Under the pieces are notes generated by a model that saw nothing but the letters and a program-made list of their open reading frames with translations, did not search any database and was not told where the DNA came from. Both the position numbers and the translations under genes were made by a program. From Phycisphaerales bacterium (lineage in GTDB: Bacteria > Planctomycetota > Phycisphaerae > Phycisphaerales > UBA1924): DNA of 64,000 nucleotides. Below are positions 39,854 through 49,514 of the stretch, in pieces; position 1 is the stretch's first letter, and the number at the start of each line of letters is the position of its first letter. The stretch spans positions 1,632,001 through 1,696,000 of the forward strand of contig OZ245777.1 in NCBI GenBank assembly GCA_965227775.1, written 5' to 3'.

Positions 39854-42800
39854 GCCGCCTCGTCATCGCCGACGGCGTCGCCGCGGAGCGTCAGCAGGTC
39901 GCGCAGTTGCCCGGTGTCAAGCTCGGTCAGCCAGCGCTCTCCGGCGCCCACGATCTGCTCGGCAAGCTCGGTCTTTTGCTCGATCATCGCGTCGATGCGT
40001 TCCTCCAGCGTGCCGCGCACGACGAACTTGTGCACCTGCACGCGCCGCGTCTGGCCGATGCGGTACGCGCGGTCGGTCGCCTGGTTCTCCACCGCCGGGT
40101 TCCACCAGCGATCGAAGTGGAACACGTGCGTCGCGGCGGTGAGGTTCAGGCCCACGCCGCCCGCCTTGAGGCTCAGGATCAGCAGCGGGGCCGTGCCGTC
40201 GGCCTTCTGGAACTTGTTGATCAGCTCCTGGCGCTGTTTCTGCGTTGTCCCGCCGTGCAGGAATAGCACGGGCCGGCCCAACTCCTGCTGCAGCAGCGAC
40301 ACCAGCAGGCGTCCCATCTGGCGGAATTGGGTGAAGAGCAGCGCCTGCTCGTTCGACGCGAGCACTTCGTGCAGCATCTCGACAAGCCGCACGCACTTGC
40401 CACTGCGTGTCGCGTCTGGCGCTCCGGGCTGGCTGAAGTCGTGGTCCTTCAAGAGCTGAGCCGGGTGATTGCAGATCTGCTTGAGGCGGATGAGCGTCGA
40501 AAGCACCATGCCTCGGCGGTGCATGCCCTCCACCCGATCGATGTCGCGCAGCATTGTGTTGACGGTCGCTTCGTACAGCGCCGCCTGCTCGCTCGTCAGG
40601 TGGCAGTACTCGCGACTCTCGACCTTCTCGGGCAGGTCGCCCGCGACGCCCTCGTCGGTCTTGAGGCGACGGAGGATGAACGGCCGAACCAATCGCCGGA
40701 GCTGCTCGCGCCGGCCCTTGTCGCTGTACCGCTCGATGGGCAGACTGAACCGCCGGCGGAAGTTGCCGATCGTGCCAAGATAGCCAGGATTACAGAAGTC
40801 GATGATCGACCAGAGCTCGCTGAGCCGGTTCTCGACGGGCGTACCGGTGAGCGTCAGGCGGTGGTCGGCCTGCAGTTGCCGCACACTCTGGGCCTGCTTG
40901 GCCGCGGGATTCTTGATGTTCTGCGCCTCGTCGAGCACGATGCGCCGCCACGGCATGCGCGTCAGCAGGTCGTGGTCGCGGTGGGCCAGAGCGTAGGTTG
41001 TCAGCACCACGTCGGTGTCGCCGGCCTTGGCGATGAACGCGTCGTCCTGCAATCGCTCGGCGCCGTGGTGCACCATGACCTTGAGCGTGGGGCAGAACTT
41101 GCGCGCCTCGTGCTCCCAGTTGCCCAGCACACTCATCGGCACGATCGCCAGCGTCGGCGGCACGGGCGCCTCCGCGTACGGGCCCTGGGCGTGCAGGTAG
41201 CGCTCGCGCGCCAGCAGCGCCAGCACCTGGATCGTCTTGCCTAGGCCCATGTCGTCGGCCAGGCAGGCGCCGAAGCCGAATCGCTCGAGGAAACTCATCC
41301 ACGCGACGCCGCGGAGCTGGTACGGCCGCAGCTCGCCGTGGAACGTCGGTGGGGCCTCGACCTCGGGCAGGCTCTGGCTCTGGTCGCTTGAGCCGAACAC
41401 CGCACCAAGCCAGCCGCTGGTCTCGATGCCCACGATCGGGAGCGCCGCGCCCTCTTCGTCCATCGAGCCGTGGGCCATGCGGATGGCCTCGAGCACGGTC
41501 ATCTCGCCGCCGGGATGCTCGCGTATGAATCGCGCGGCCGCCTTGACGTCCTCGGCGCGCACCTCGGCCCACTGCCCGCCCACGCGCACGAGCGGGGCCG
41601 ACCCGTCCTTGGCCAGCTTCTCGAACTCGGCGAGCGTCAGCTTCAAGCCGCCCAGCGAGATCTCCCACGAATAGCGCACCAGCGTCTGCAAGCCGAGCTG
41701 GCTCTTGTGCGCGTGCGGCGAGCCCGAGGGTACTTCTTCACCCTCCGGAACCGCGCCCCAGCCCTCGGCATCGCCCTGCAGGCTCTCCAGCGGATCACTA
41801 TCGAGACGGAGCGTCGCTCCGACCCGAATGCTCGGCGAGTCCCACCAAGGCGGCGCGACCACGGTGATGCCCTGCTCGCCCAGCACCGGCGCCGTGTCGC
41901 GCAAAAACTGGTACGCCTGCTTGGTGTTCAGCTCGAGCTGCGTCGGCTCGCTCTGGCGGAGCGCACCCTCCAGCTTGTCGTACAAGCGAGAAGCGCGGCC
42001 AAGCTCGCTGAGCAGGAGCTGCTGCGGATCGTCGAGCTGGCGGCCCTCGACCGTCACGCCCCGGCCCGTCAGGCTCCACACCTCGTCGGCGTCGACCTCG
42101 ACGTTCTCGGTGCCCACCGCCCGCAAGTGGAACGTCAGCGCCCACCGCGTATCACCCGGCGGCGGCTGCAGATCGGGTAGCTCCTCGGTATTGACCGGCT
42201 CGTGCAGCTTCAGGCACAGTCTCCAAAGTGCGCTCGCGCCACGCTCTTCGAGGCGCGCCAGCCAGCGCCGCACGCCCCGGGCCGCGTCGGTGCGCTCGCC
42301 GGGCTTGATGCCCGACTCGACATCACCGTCGAGCAGGCCGCGAAGCCACGCCACGTGCGTGTCATGGTCCTTGTCCTCGACGGCCTCGGCCAGCTTCTCG
42401 CGATCGAACGCCGCGCGGGCCTGCGCGTCGAGCACCAGGGTCAGGAAGTCGCTAAGCACCAGCCAAGGATCATGATCCAGGTCGTCCACGCCCGCGCTAC
42501 TGGCGAGCGGCATCGCGCGGAGCAGGTCGCTCGTCACGCGCGCGGTGTGCTCGTCGGCGAGCCAAGGCTGCCAACTGCCGAGCAAGCGCCCGTCGGGGTG
42601 CTGGCGCAGGCTCGGCACAAACCGCTGCTGGATGACCAGCTGCCGCACGAGGCTCAGCGACACGATGAAGTGCCGCAGCGTCGACGCGACCAGCACCGCC
42701 ACGGGTCCGTCCGACTTCGTCTCATCCAGTGCGAATCGCCCCTCACCCAGCGAACGCTCGGACGATTCACTCGAAAGGTCGTTCACCGCGTCGAGCACGA

Positions 42801-43140
42801 GCGCCACGTGCTCGGGTGCCACGCTGAATCCTGCGGCCTTGAACGACTCGAAGCTTGCCTCGCCTTCGGGCCGCTCGACAACGCCCGCCGCCCGCGACAT
42901 CGCGGGGCTGGGAGCGCGTCCGCCGTGCGGTAACCGCAGCTCGATCTCGCCGGCCTGCGCGTGCGACGCAACTCTCGGATCAAGTGCATCGACGACGCGC
43001 TGCATCAGCTCGGCGCTCGCGATCCACGAGGCCGATCCGTCCTGTCGCGCCGGCGCCGCCTCGGCCCACAGCCACAGCCGCCCGGCACACCACGCCGCGT
43101 GCAGGCACACCGGCCTCCGGCGCGTCGCGGTCGTCACCAT
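39850..43140 (-). CDS. SNF2/DEAD-H family helicase
   Basis: LRPYQ.RG, LADDMGLGKT, LDEAQNIKN, TGTPVENRL.ELWS, LKQICNHP, SLKAGGVGLNLT.A, WWNPAVENQATDRAYRIGQ. Confidence 0.95.
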   Translation of the reverse strand: MVTTATRRRPVCLHAAWCAGRLWLWAEAAPARQDGSASWIASAELMQRVVDALDPRVASHAQAGEIELRLPHGGRAPSPAMSRAAGVVERPEGEASFESFKAAGFSVAPEHVALVLDAVNDLSSESSERSLGEGRFALDETKSDGPVAVLVASTLRHFIVSLSLVRQLVIQQRFVPSLRQHPDGRLLGSWQPWLADEHTARVTSDLLRAMPLASSAGVDDLDHDPWLVLSDFLTLVLDAQARAAFDREKLAEAVEDKDHDTHVAWLRGLLDGDVESGIKPGERTDAARGVRRWLARLEERGASALWRLCLKLHEPVNTEELPDLQPPPGDTRWALTFHLRAVGTENVEVDADEVWSLTGRGVTVEGRQLDDPQQLLLSELGRASRLYDKLEGALRQSEPTQLELNTKQAYQFLRDTAPVLGEQGITVVAPPWWDSPSIRVGATLRLDSDPLESLQGDAEGWGAVPEGEEVPSGSPHAHKSQLGLQTLVRYSWEISLGGLKLTLAEFEKLAKDGSAPLVRVGGQWAEVRAEDVKAAARFIREHPGGEMTVLEAIRMAHGSMDEEGAALPIVGIETSGWLGAVFGSSDQSQSLPEVEAPPTFHGELRPYQLRGVAWMSFLERFGFGACLADDMGLGKTIQVLALLARERYLHAQGPYAEAPVPPTLAIVPMSVLGNWEHEARKFCPTLKVMVHHGAERLQDDAFIAKAGDTDVVLTTYALAHRDHDLLTRMPWRRIVLDEAQNIKNPAAKQAQSVRQLQADHRLTLTGTPVENRLSELWSIIDFCNPGYLGTIGNFRRRFSLPIERYSDKGRREQLRRLVRPFILRRLKTDEGVAGDLPEKVESREYCHLTSEQAALYEATVNTMLRDIDRVEGMHRRGMVLSTLIRLKQICNHPAQLLKDHDFSQPGAPDATRSGKCVRLVEMLHEVLASNEQALLFTQFRQMGRLLVSLLQQELGRPVLFLHGGTTQKQRQELINKFQKADGTAPLLILSLKAGGVGLNLTAATHVFHFDRWWNPAVENQATDRAYRIGQTRRVQVHKFVVRGTLEERIDAMIEQKTELAEQIVGAGERWLTELDTGQLRDLLTLRGDAVGDDEAA

Positions 43141-43189
43141 GGTCGTGCTCCGAGCGTTCGTTCGCCGAGATCGGATTCGAGGAAGGAAG

Positions 43190-43262
43190 TAGGGGCGCAG
43201 GGACTCGAACCCTGGACCTGCGGATTAAAAGTCCGATGCTCTACCAACTGAGCTACACCCCC
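43190..43262 (-). tRNA. tRNA-Lys (anticodon UUU), CCA not encoded
   Basis: Reverse complement GGGGGTGTAGCTCAGTTGGTAGAGCATCGGACTTTTAATCCGCAGGTCCAGGGTTCGAGTCCCTGCGCCCCTA folds as a cloverleaf. Confidence 0.96.
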
Positions 43263-43463
43263 GATCGGCGGGTCATCTCGCACGATGGCGATTCGCTCGC
43301 CACCAGAGGGACATTGTTGGGACCAAATTCGCCCAAGGCCAGACGCTCAAACGATGGATGCCAAAACCGCCTCGTTCCCGTTCTGGCAGGGTGCTCCTAC
43401 ACAAGACTCTCGCTTGCACCTCGCGGACTTTTCCAGTACACTCGGCCCTGATTGGAGCGAGAG

Positions 43464-44750
43464 GTGAAGCCAAACGCCAATGCCACTGCCGCACTGCTCG
43501 CACTTGCGGGATTTCCATCGTGGTCCTTTGCTCAAAGCTGCCCGGTGCCCAGTGCCTTCCCGATGGAAGAGCGTGTAGCGGTAGGTGGCGGCCCCAATGC
43601 CATCGTCGCCGCCGACTTCAACGGCGACGGGCTGATGGACCTCGCCAGCAGCAACGCATTCAGCGACAACCTCTCCGTCCTCATCGCCACCGCGCCGGGC
43701 GAGTTTGCGCCGCGGATCACCCTGCCCGCCGGCAACTTTGCGGCCGGGCTCGTCGCCACCGATCTCGATGGCGATGGTTTCGTCGACCTCGCCAACGCCA
43801 ACATCATCAGCGGAAACGTCTCGGTGACCCTCGGCAACGGAGATGGGACCTTCAGACCCGAACGACGCTACAGCGTTGGATTTGAGCCCAACCTTCTGGT
43901 GGCCCTCGACGCCAACCGCGATGGCTTGATCGATCTTGTCTCCGCGAATCGAGCCAGCGACTCGGTCACGGTGCTGCTTGCCGACAGCGAGGGCGAATAC
44001 AAATCAGGCGGCAGCTATCCGGTGGGTGATCGCCCGGAGGGTTTAGCGAGCGCGGACTTCAATGGCGATGGTGTTGCCGACATCGCCGTGACGAGCCGTG
44101 AGGACGATGAAGTCTCGATCCTGCTCGGAGATGGGGCAGGTGGATTTGCCCCTCGGACGCGCTGGCCGGCAGGCGACGGCCCCCATCGGCTCAGCGTGGC
44201 CGATTTGGACAACGATGGTGCGATCGATCTTGCGATCCCCGGCTACGGTGACGAGGTGGTCTCGATGGTCTTTGGTAGAGGCGATGGCACATTCACCGAT
44301 CCCATTGCCTTCTCAAGCGGTGGGGTGGATCCGTGGTGCGTTGCCACGGCAGACTTCAACGGTGACGGGCTAGTCGACGTGGCCGCGGTCAACACTGCTT
44401 CAGATGAGATGGGCGTTCTGATAAATCTCGGTGATCGCCGGTTCGCGTCAACTGAGTCGATCAAAGTCGGTCAAGCACCTCGATGGATCGCTACCGCCGA
44501 CCTCAATGGCGACGACCGCCCCGACCTGATCGCCGCCAACCGCGGCAACAACAACCTGTCGATCTTCTTCAACGAGTGCGTCCCTTGCCCCGCCGACCTG
44601 GACGGCGACGGCGTGCTCACCCTGTTCGACTTCCTGGCCTTCGGCGTGCTTTATGACTTGGGCTCTCCGTTGGCAGACTTCGATGGCGATGGCTCCCTCA
44701 CCATCTTCGACTTTCTTGCCTATCAGAATGCCTTCCAGGCAGGCTGCTAG
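43464..44750 (+). CDS. Secreted FG-GAP/VCBS repeat protein with GC-type dockerin-like tail
   Basis: Signal peptide; seven D.(N/D).DG..D repeats; CPADLDGDG.LTLFDFL...FQAGC. Confidence 0.9.
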   Translation: MKPNANATAALLALAGFPSWSFAQSCPVPSAFPMEERVAVGGGPNAIVAADFNGDGLMDLASSNAFSDNLSVLIATAPGEFAPRITLPAGNFAAGLVATDLDGDGFVDLANANIISGNVSVTLGNGDGTFRPERRYSVGFEPNLLVALDANRDGLIDLVSANRASDSVTVLLADSEGEYKSGGSYPVGDRPEGLASADFNGDGVADIAVTSREDDEVSILLGDGAGGFAPRTRWPAGDGPHRLSVADLDNDGAIDLAIPGYGDEVVSMVFGRGDGTFTDPIAFSSGGVDPWCVATADFNGDGLVDVAAVNTASDEMGVLINLGDRRFASTESIKVGQAPRWIATADLNGDDRPDLIAANRGNNNLSIFFNECVPCPADLDGDGVLTLFDFLAFGVLYDLGSPLADFDGDGSLTIFDFLAYQNAFQAGC

Positions 44751-44786
44751 CGACGCCAGACGGGCCAACCCACTACACTGGCTCCG

Positions 44787-45695
44787 ATGCGTACGAGGCT
44801 CATCTTCGGGCCCATCCTGATCGCCCTGCTCCTCGCCGGGTTGCTGCTCGACCAGTTCCTCGAGGGCGTCTCCTGGCCGATCGACTTTCCGCCGCTGGGC
44901 TTGGACGGCACCGCTCCGCCTGGCGTTATCGTCATGCCGATCATGCTCATCATCGCCGCGCTCGGCGGTCGTGAGCTTGCCATCATGCTCAAGGCCAAGG
45001 GCGTGCACGCCTCGAGGCTCACGCTGGCATTCGTGGCGACGCTCGGGCTACTGGTCTCGACGCCGCTGTTCGCCACCCTTGCCGGGGGAGACGGAGCGGC
45101 CGGCCTTGCCTCGGCAACCGCCGCCGTCGTGCTCATCGGAATCCTCCATCACGCCCGCACGATGAACAGCCAGGGCGCGATGCTCAGCATCGGGGCCGTG
45201 CTCTTCGCGTTCGTGTACCTCGGGCTGACGTTTGGCTTCCTGCTCCGCATCCGGCTCGAGCACAGCGTGTGGGTGCTGCTGTGGGTGCTCGCGACGGTTA
45301 AGAGCTGCGACATCTTCGCCTACTTCACGGGAAAGGCCATCGGCAAGCACAAGCTCATCCTCTGGCTCAGCCCGGGCAAGACCTGGGAGGGCCTTGTTGG
45401 CGGCGTCATCGGTTCGGCCATGGTCGGCGGCGCGGGGCTTGCCTTGCTGACGACCCAGAGCGGCTTCAACCCGGGCGGCTCGGTGCTGTACTCTGCCATT
45501 GGTGGCGCCGCAAGCGGCGCGTGCATCGGGCTGGCCGGCCAACTGGGAGATCTGATGGCATCCATGATGAAGCGCGACGCGGGAATCAAGGATTCCAGCA
45601 GCCTGCTACCCGGCTTCGGCGGCGTTCTCGACGTCATCGATTCCCCGATCCTCGTTGCGCCGCTCGCATATTGGACGCTCGCGATCTGGGCCTGA
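44787..45695 (+). CDS. cdsA: Phosphatidate cytidylyltransferase
   Basis: DIFAYFTG..IGKHKL...LSPGKTWEG, GDL.AS..KRDAGIKDS..LLPG.GGVLD.IDS. Confidence 0.93.
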   Translation: MRTRLIFGPILIALLLAGLLLDQFLEGVSWPIDFPPLGLDGTAPPGVIVMPIMLIIAALGGRELAIMLKAKGVHASRLTLAFVATLGLLVSTPLFATLAGGDGAAGLASATAAVVLIGILHHARTMNSQGAMLSIGAVLFAFVYLGLTFGFLLRIRLEHSVWVLLWVLATVKSCDIFAYFTGKAIGKHKLILWLSPGKTWEGLVGGVIGSAMVGGAGLALLTTQSGFNPGGSVLYSAIGGAASGACIGLAGQLGDLMASMMKRDAGIKDSSSLLPGFGGVLDVIDSPILVAPLAYWTLAIWA

Positions 45696-45860
45696 CCCAC
45701 TCCACCTCGTGCGTTGACGGTCCGTCGGCAGTGCGACAGCACCCGTTCGGGTTTTGCCAATGACCCGGCGCCGAGCTGGCCCCATGCCCCGAGCGCTACA
45801 CACCTGCGCCCGGCCCGCTACACTCTCTGGAAGAAGTAGGACCAGTGGAGCTCAGCGTAC

Positions 45861-46625
45861 ATGACGATGACCGAAACCGATCGGTTGCTCAAGGTTTTCA
45901 GGGTCGATAACAGCATCGACGGATTGCAGGGCAGGCTCCGCGCCGCCGAGCGATTCTTGACCGAGCAGGAACGGCAGCTCGCCTCCATCGAGGATCAGCA
46001 CAAGGCCGGCCAGGCAGAGCTCCGCAAGACGAAGGCCGCCGCCGCCAACGCCGAGGGCGAAGCCAAGCGCCTCGAAGGCCACATCAACGAGCTCCGCGAG
46101 AAGATGAACTCGGCCGGCTCCAACAAGGAGTACCAGGCCTACCTCGCAGAGATCGCCACGTTCAAGACCCAGCAGGAAGAGCAAGAGTCCATTGCCCTGG
46201 AACTCATCACCCGGGTCGAGACGCTCACCAACGAACTCGCCGAACTCGGCAAGGCTCGGGACGAGCGCCAAGGCGTTCGCACCGTGGCCAAAAAGCAGCG
46301 CGACGAGCGCAGCGAAGAAATCGCCGATCGCCTCGAGGAACTGAAGAAAGAACGCGAGTCGATCATTTCAGAGGTGCCCGAGCACACGCTGACCCACTAC
46401 CTCCGCGTGCGCGGCCAGCTGGGCGACGAGGCCATGGCTCCGGTCGAGGTTGTCGATGTCAAGCGGCACGAGTTCGTCTGTGGCACCAGCATGCTGGCCG
46501 TCCCGATCGAGACTGTCAGCGCTCTGCTGAGCCACGGACGCGTCACGGTCGATCCCCAGTCGGGCGCCATCCTCTACCTGAGCGACGAAGCGCGCAAGGC
46601 CATGGAGCCCGCTGCCAAGCGTTGA
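45861..46625 (+). CDS. Coiled-coil protein of CT398/DUF164 zinc-ribbon family (degenerate ribbon)
   Basis: Long coiled coil with NKEY.A...EI motif; C-terminal Y.R.R...AMAPV....CG.....P......DPQSG.ILY. Confidence 0.75.
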   Translation: MTMTETDRLLKVFRVDNSIDGLQGRLRAAERFLTEQERQLASIEDQHKAGQAELRKTKAAAANAEGEAKRLEGHINELREKMNSAGSNKEYQAYLAEIATFKTQQEEQESIALELITRVETLTNELAELGKARDERQGVRTVAKKQRDERSEEIADRLEELKKERESIISEVPEHTLTHYLRVRGQLGDEAMAPVEVVDVKRHEFVCGTSMLAVPIETVSALLSHGRVTVDPQSGAILYLSDEARKAMEPAAKR

Positions 46626-46647
46626 TCATCTCGAAAGCACGATTCGC

Positions 46648-46674
46648 AGCCCGGGAAAGCACCCGGGCTTTTTC
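46648..46674 (+). terminator. Intrinsic terminator
   Basis: AGCCCGGG-AAAGCA-CCCGGGCT followed by TTTT. Confidence 0.75.
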
Positions 46675-46742
46675 GTGCGCGAACCGAGCAAAAGAAAAAG
46701 CGTCCATCCGGACGCCCTTCGTCAAAACCGTGTTCGTGCCGG

Positions 46743-47048
46743 TCAGTTCTGGCTTGCAGCCTGAGCCGCACGGTACTGCGTCAGCCAACGGGGACGGGGT
46801 GCGTCCTCTTCGACCGGGTCGATGTGCACGCGGCGGCCCTGGAAGACGACCTTGCCGGTGCTCACGCTGAACAGCGTGTCGTCCTTGCCGCGCTGCACGC
46901 CGAAGCCGGGCTGGAACTTCGTGCCGCACTGGCGCACGAGCACGTTGCCGGGCTTGGCGAACTCACCGCCGTAGAGCTTGATGCCCCGGTACTGAGGGTT
47001 CGAGTCGCGACCGTTCTTTGACGATCCCTGGCCCTTTTTATGCGCCAT
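46743..47048 (-). CDS. rpmA: 50S ribosomal protein L27
   Basis: [40 protein letters not shown]. Confidence 0.97.
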   Translation of the reverse strand: MAHKKGQGSSKNGRDSNPQYRGIKLYGGEFAKPGNVLVRQCGTKFQPGFGVQRGKDDTLFSVSTGKVVFQGRRVHIDPVEEDAPRPRWLTQYRAAQAASQN

Positions 47049-47111
47049 GGCGGGGTACTCCTGAAGCTGATCCGGCCCTCTTGCGGACCGGGTCGAGATG
47101 ATAGCGAGGCT

Positions 47112-47747
47112 TTATCGCATGATCCAGCGGTTCTCAACCCGCTCGATCGGGGCGTTGCCGCGGCCATCGACGTGGCCGGGGATCTCATGGACGGCCATCA
47201 GCGTCTTGCGGAGCACCACGTCTCGCTGGTCGCCGCTCTCGCGATCGATGACCGCGATGCGGGTGGTCTCGCCGCTGAAGCCCGCCATGTACACCCGGGC
47301 CTTGTCGGCCTCGTTGTCTCGCACGGGCCAGACGACCAGCCCATCGCGGGCGTAGGCCTCACCGCGACGCAGTACGCCGATCATGCCCACCTGGTCGTTC
47401 AGTAGTGGGTTGTTCAGCCTGCCCAGGATCTCGCGGGTCACCGCGGCGGGCACGCCCTGGCCCGCAACAACGTTGGTGCCGGTCTCCGTGGCCAGCTCGA
47501 AGCTCGGGGCCAGCAGGATGTCCTGGTCGGTGTTGTTTGTCACCGTATAGGTCAGGTAGTAGTACAGCATCGGGCCCTGGCCGGGTGTCTCGACGCTGGC
47601 GACCCGAAGCGGGCCCACGTCCAGATCGAGCTGCCAACGCACCGGGATGGGGTTGGGCTCGGGCGGAAGGGCGACCGAGGCAGCCGTCAGCCCGAAGGTC
47701 GCCGCGATCAGGATGAGGACGCGAGCAGGGAGATTCAGCAAGGCCAT
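47112..47747 (-). CDS. Hypothetical secreted protein
   Basis: Signal peptide; YYYLTYTVTNNT, beta-rich pattern; GGAG SD. Confidence 0.75.
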   Translation of the reverse strand: MALLNLPARVLILIAATFGLTAASVALPPEPNPIPVRWQLDLDVGPLRVASVETPGQGPMLYYYLTYTVTNNTDQDILLAPSFELATETGTNVVAGQGVPAAVTREILGRLNNPLLNDQVGMIGVLRRGEAYARDGLVVWPVRDNEADKARVYMAGFSGETTRIAVIDRESGDQRDVVLRKTLMAVHEIPGHVDGRGNAPIERVENRWIMR

Positions 47748-47965
47748 GGAGTTCTCCGAGGCGATTCGGCGGCCAGAATGCGGCCCGCACACGGTCTGAG
47801 GCGGGACGACGCGGCACAAGGCGGTCAGGTTCCGGGGCGGGAAGGCCCTCGACCGACCCTACGCCCGGGGAGTCTATATTCGTTTCCCCCGCCGCGTCGG
47901 CGACGGCGGTCGGTTTTTGAGCCCGCGAGCACAGCCACGAGGGCCGGCCGCCAACGGATACGAGC

Positions 47966-49030
47966 ATGGACGCGAGCGGTTTCTCCATCCAGCCCGAGCC
48001 TGCAGGGCCCGAGCATCGGCCGATCCCGCTGCCGAGCGAGTTTTACCTGCAAGCCGCCGAACGGCTGATCGACGCCACCGGGCCCATGGCCCGCCAGGCG
48101 GCCCAACGGCTGATCGATGCCGGCCCGGACTCAGGCATCTCCTTCGCCCACGCGTTCGCCACCATCGATCCAGACGTCCACGCTGTCCGCGAACTGGCCA
48201 TCGCCGTCCCCGCGCCGGGCCGGAGCGCCCTGATCTTCCTGAGCCGGCCCAAGGCCGACCAGCCGCGAGCCGAAGAGCGGGCCAAGTGTTCCCAAGCCCT
48301 CACTCGTCACCTGGCGGAACTGCCCGGCCGGCCGTTCGATATCGCCCAGTCACTACCGGCCGCCAACGAGCGCTGGGCCGTCGATGCCCTGACGAGCTCG
48401 GGCTGGCAGATCGTGGGTAATCTTGCGTACATGCGGCGTCCCATCGGCCCGCAGGACGCACCCAAGCCCGGCGTGCTCCGCGGCCGCAAGCCACAGCGGC
48501 AATTGCCCGACGGTGTCGAGGTCGAGCACATCTCGATCCCCGAGCCCGGCTCGCCGCGACACGCGGATCTCGTCGCGGCTCTCAACGACAGCTATACGGA
48601 CACGCTCGACTGTCCCGCGCTCTGCGGCATGCGGCGCACCAGCGACATCCTGGCTTCGCACGCGGCCATCGGCCGGCCCGAGCTCGCCATGTGGGCGGTC
48701 ATCTCGCACGAGGGGCGCCCCGCGGGCGCCGTGCTGCTCGCGTGCCTGCCCGAGCAACGTTGCTACGAGCTGGTCTACATCGGTCTGGGTCCTTCCCTTC
48801 GGGGTTTCGGCCTCGGGGAAGTACTGCTCGAGAACGCCGTCGAGCAGATCGCCACGCGCATCAAGCGCGCCCCGCGCTCGGGTCGCTGGTCGCTCACGTG
48901 CGCCGTCGATACCGCGAACAAGCCGGCCGTGCGCCTCTACGAACGCGTGGGATTCATGTCTTTCGACAGACGCATCGCGTGCGTGCATGGGCTCGATGCG
49001 GCGTTGTCCACCGACGCGATCGAGTCGTAG
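47966..49030 (+). CDS. GNAT family N-acetyltransferase (tandem-domain)
   Basis: ELVYIGL.P.LRG.GLG..LL, AVD.AN.PA.RLYE..GF. Confidence 0.8.
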   Translation: MDASGFSIQPEPAGPEHRPIPLPSEFYLQAAERLIDATGPMARQAAQRLIDAGPDSGISFAHAFATIDPDVHAVRELAIAVPAPGRSALIFLSRPKADQPRAEERAKCSQALTRHLAELPGRPFDIAQSLPAANERWAVDALTSSGWQIVGNLAYMRRPIGPQDAPKPGVLRGRKPQRQLPDGVEVEHISIPEPGSPRHADLVAALNDSYTDTLDCPALCGMRRTSDILASHAAIGRPELAMWAVISHEGRPAGAVLLACLPEQRCYELVYIGLGPSLRGFGLGEVLLENAVEQIATRIKRAPRSGRWSLTCAVDTANKPAVRLYERVGFMSFDRRIACVHGLDAALSTDAIES

Positions 49031-49146
49031 CGCGTTGGTCGGCAAGCGCTTGCGCACGTGATCGTGTCGCAACTCCACCGCTTGTCCACAGGCCTTGTTG
49101 ACAACTTGCGATGCGCCTGTGCATAAAGAAATCTTTAAGGCTTAAA
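49004..49146. promoter_or_regulatory. DnaA-box cluster with AT-rich tract (candidate oriC / dnaA autoregulatory region)
   Basis: TTGTCCACC 49004, TTGTCCACA 49082, rc TTGTCAACA 49096, rc TTATGCACA 49118, followed by AT-rich 49123-49146; upstream of dnaA. Confidence 0.6.
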
Positions 49147-49514
49147 CCCTTGAACTGTCGCGTGTTTGTTCTCCCGGTTTGCCCGCGCGCCCAGAAAACG
49201 AGTAGCGAAGCGACGTGATCTCGGATACATTCGTGTGGCGTCGAAGGAATCGCGCCACGTCGGGGGTAGTCGACCAAAGCAGTCGCGTCCATGTGCCAGC
49301 CAGCACGACCACCAGGCCTTTCTGGCGGGGGATCGTTGCACGAATCGCTGGCAACCAGCAACCGTCGGACGCGGCGGCTACCGAACGCGGGGAGTGCGCG
49401 GGGTTGGCTGCCCAAGGGCGAAGGAAGAACGGACTCTGCAGGACGATCAGGCACTTCGGCCGCACGGCCGTGGTGGGGTGTTCGTGCGGCCATGTACGGC
49501 CAGAAGGATTCGCT

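Noticed and set aside
38174..43262. Possible island integrated at tRNA-Lys carrying SNF2/SWIM
   Set aside because: No integrase and no duplicated tRNA 3' end seen; codon style host-like; the SWIM+SNF2 pair is a known widespread module
43590..44560. Repeated GACTTCAACGGCGACGG-like motifs
   Set aside because: Coding repeats of FG-GAP blades, not a DNA-level element
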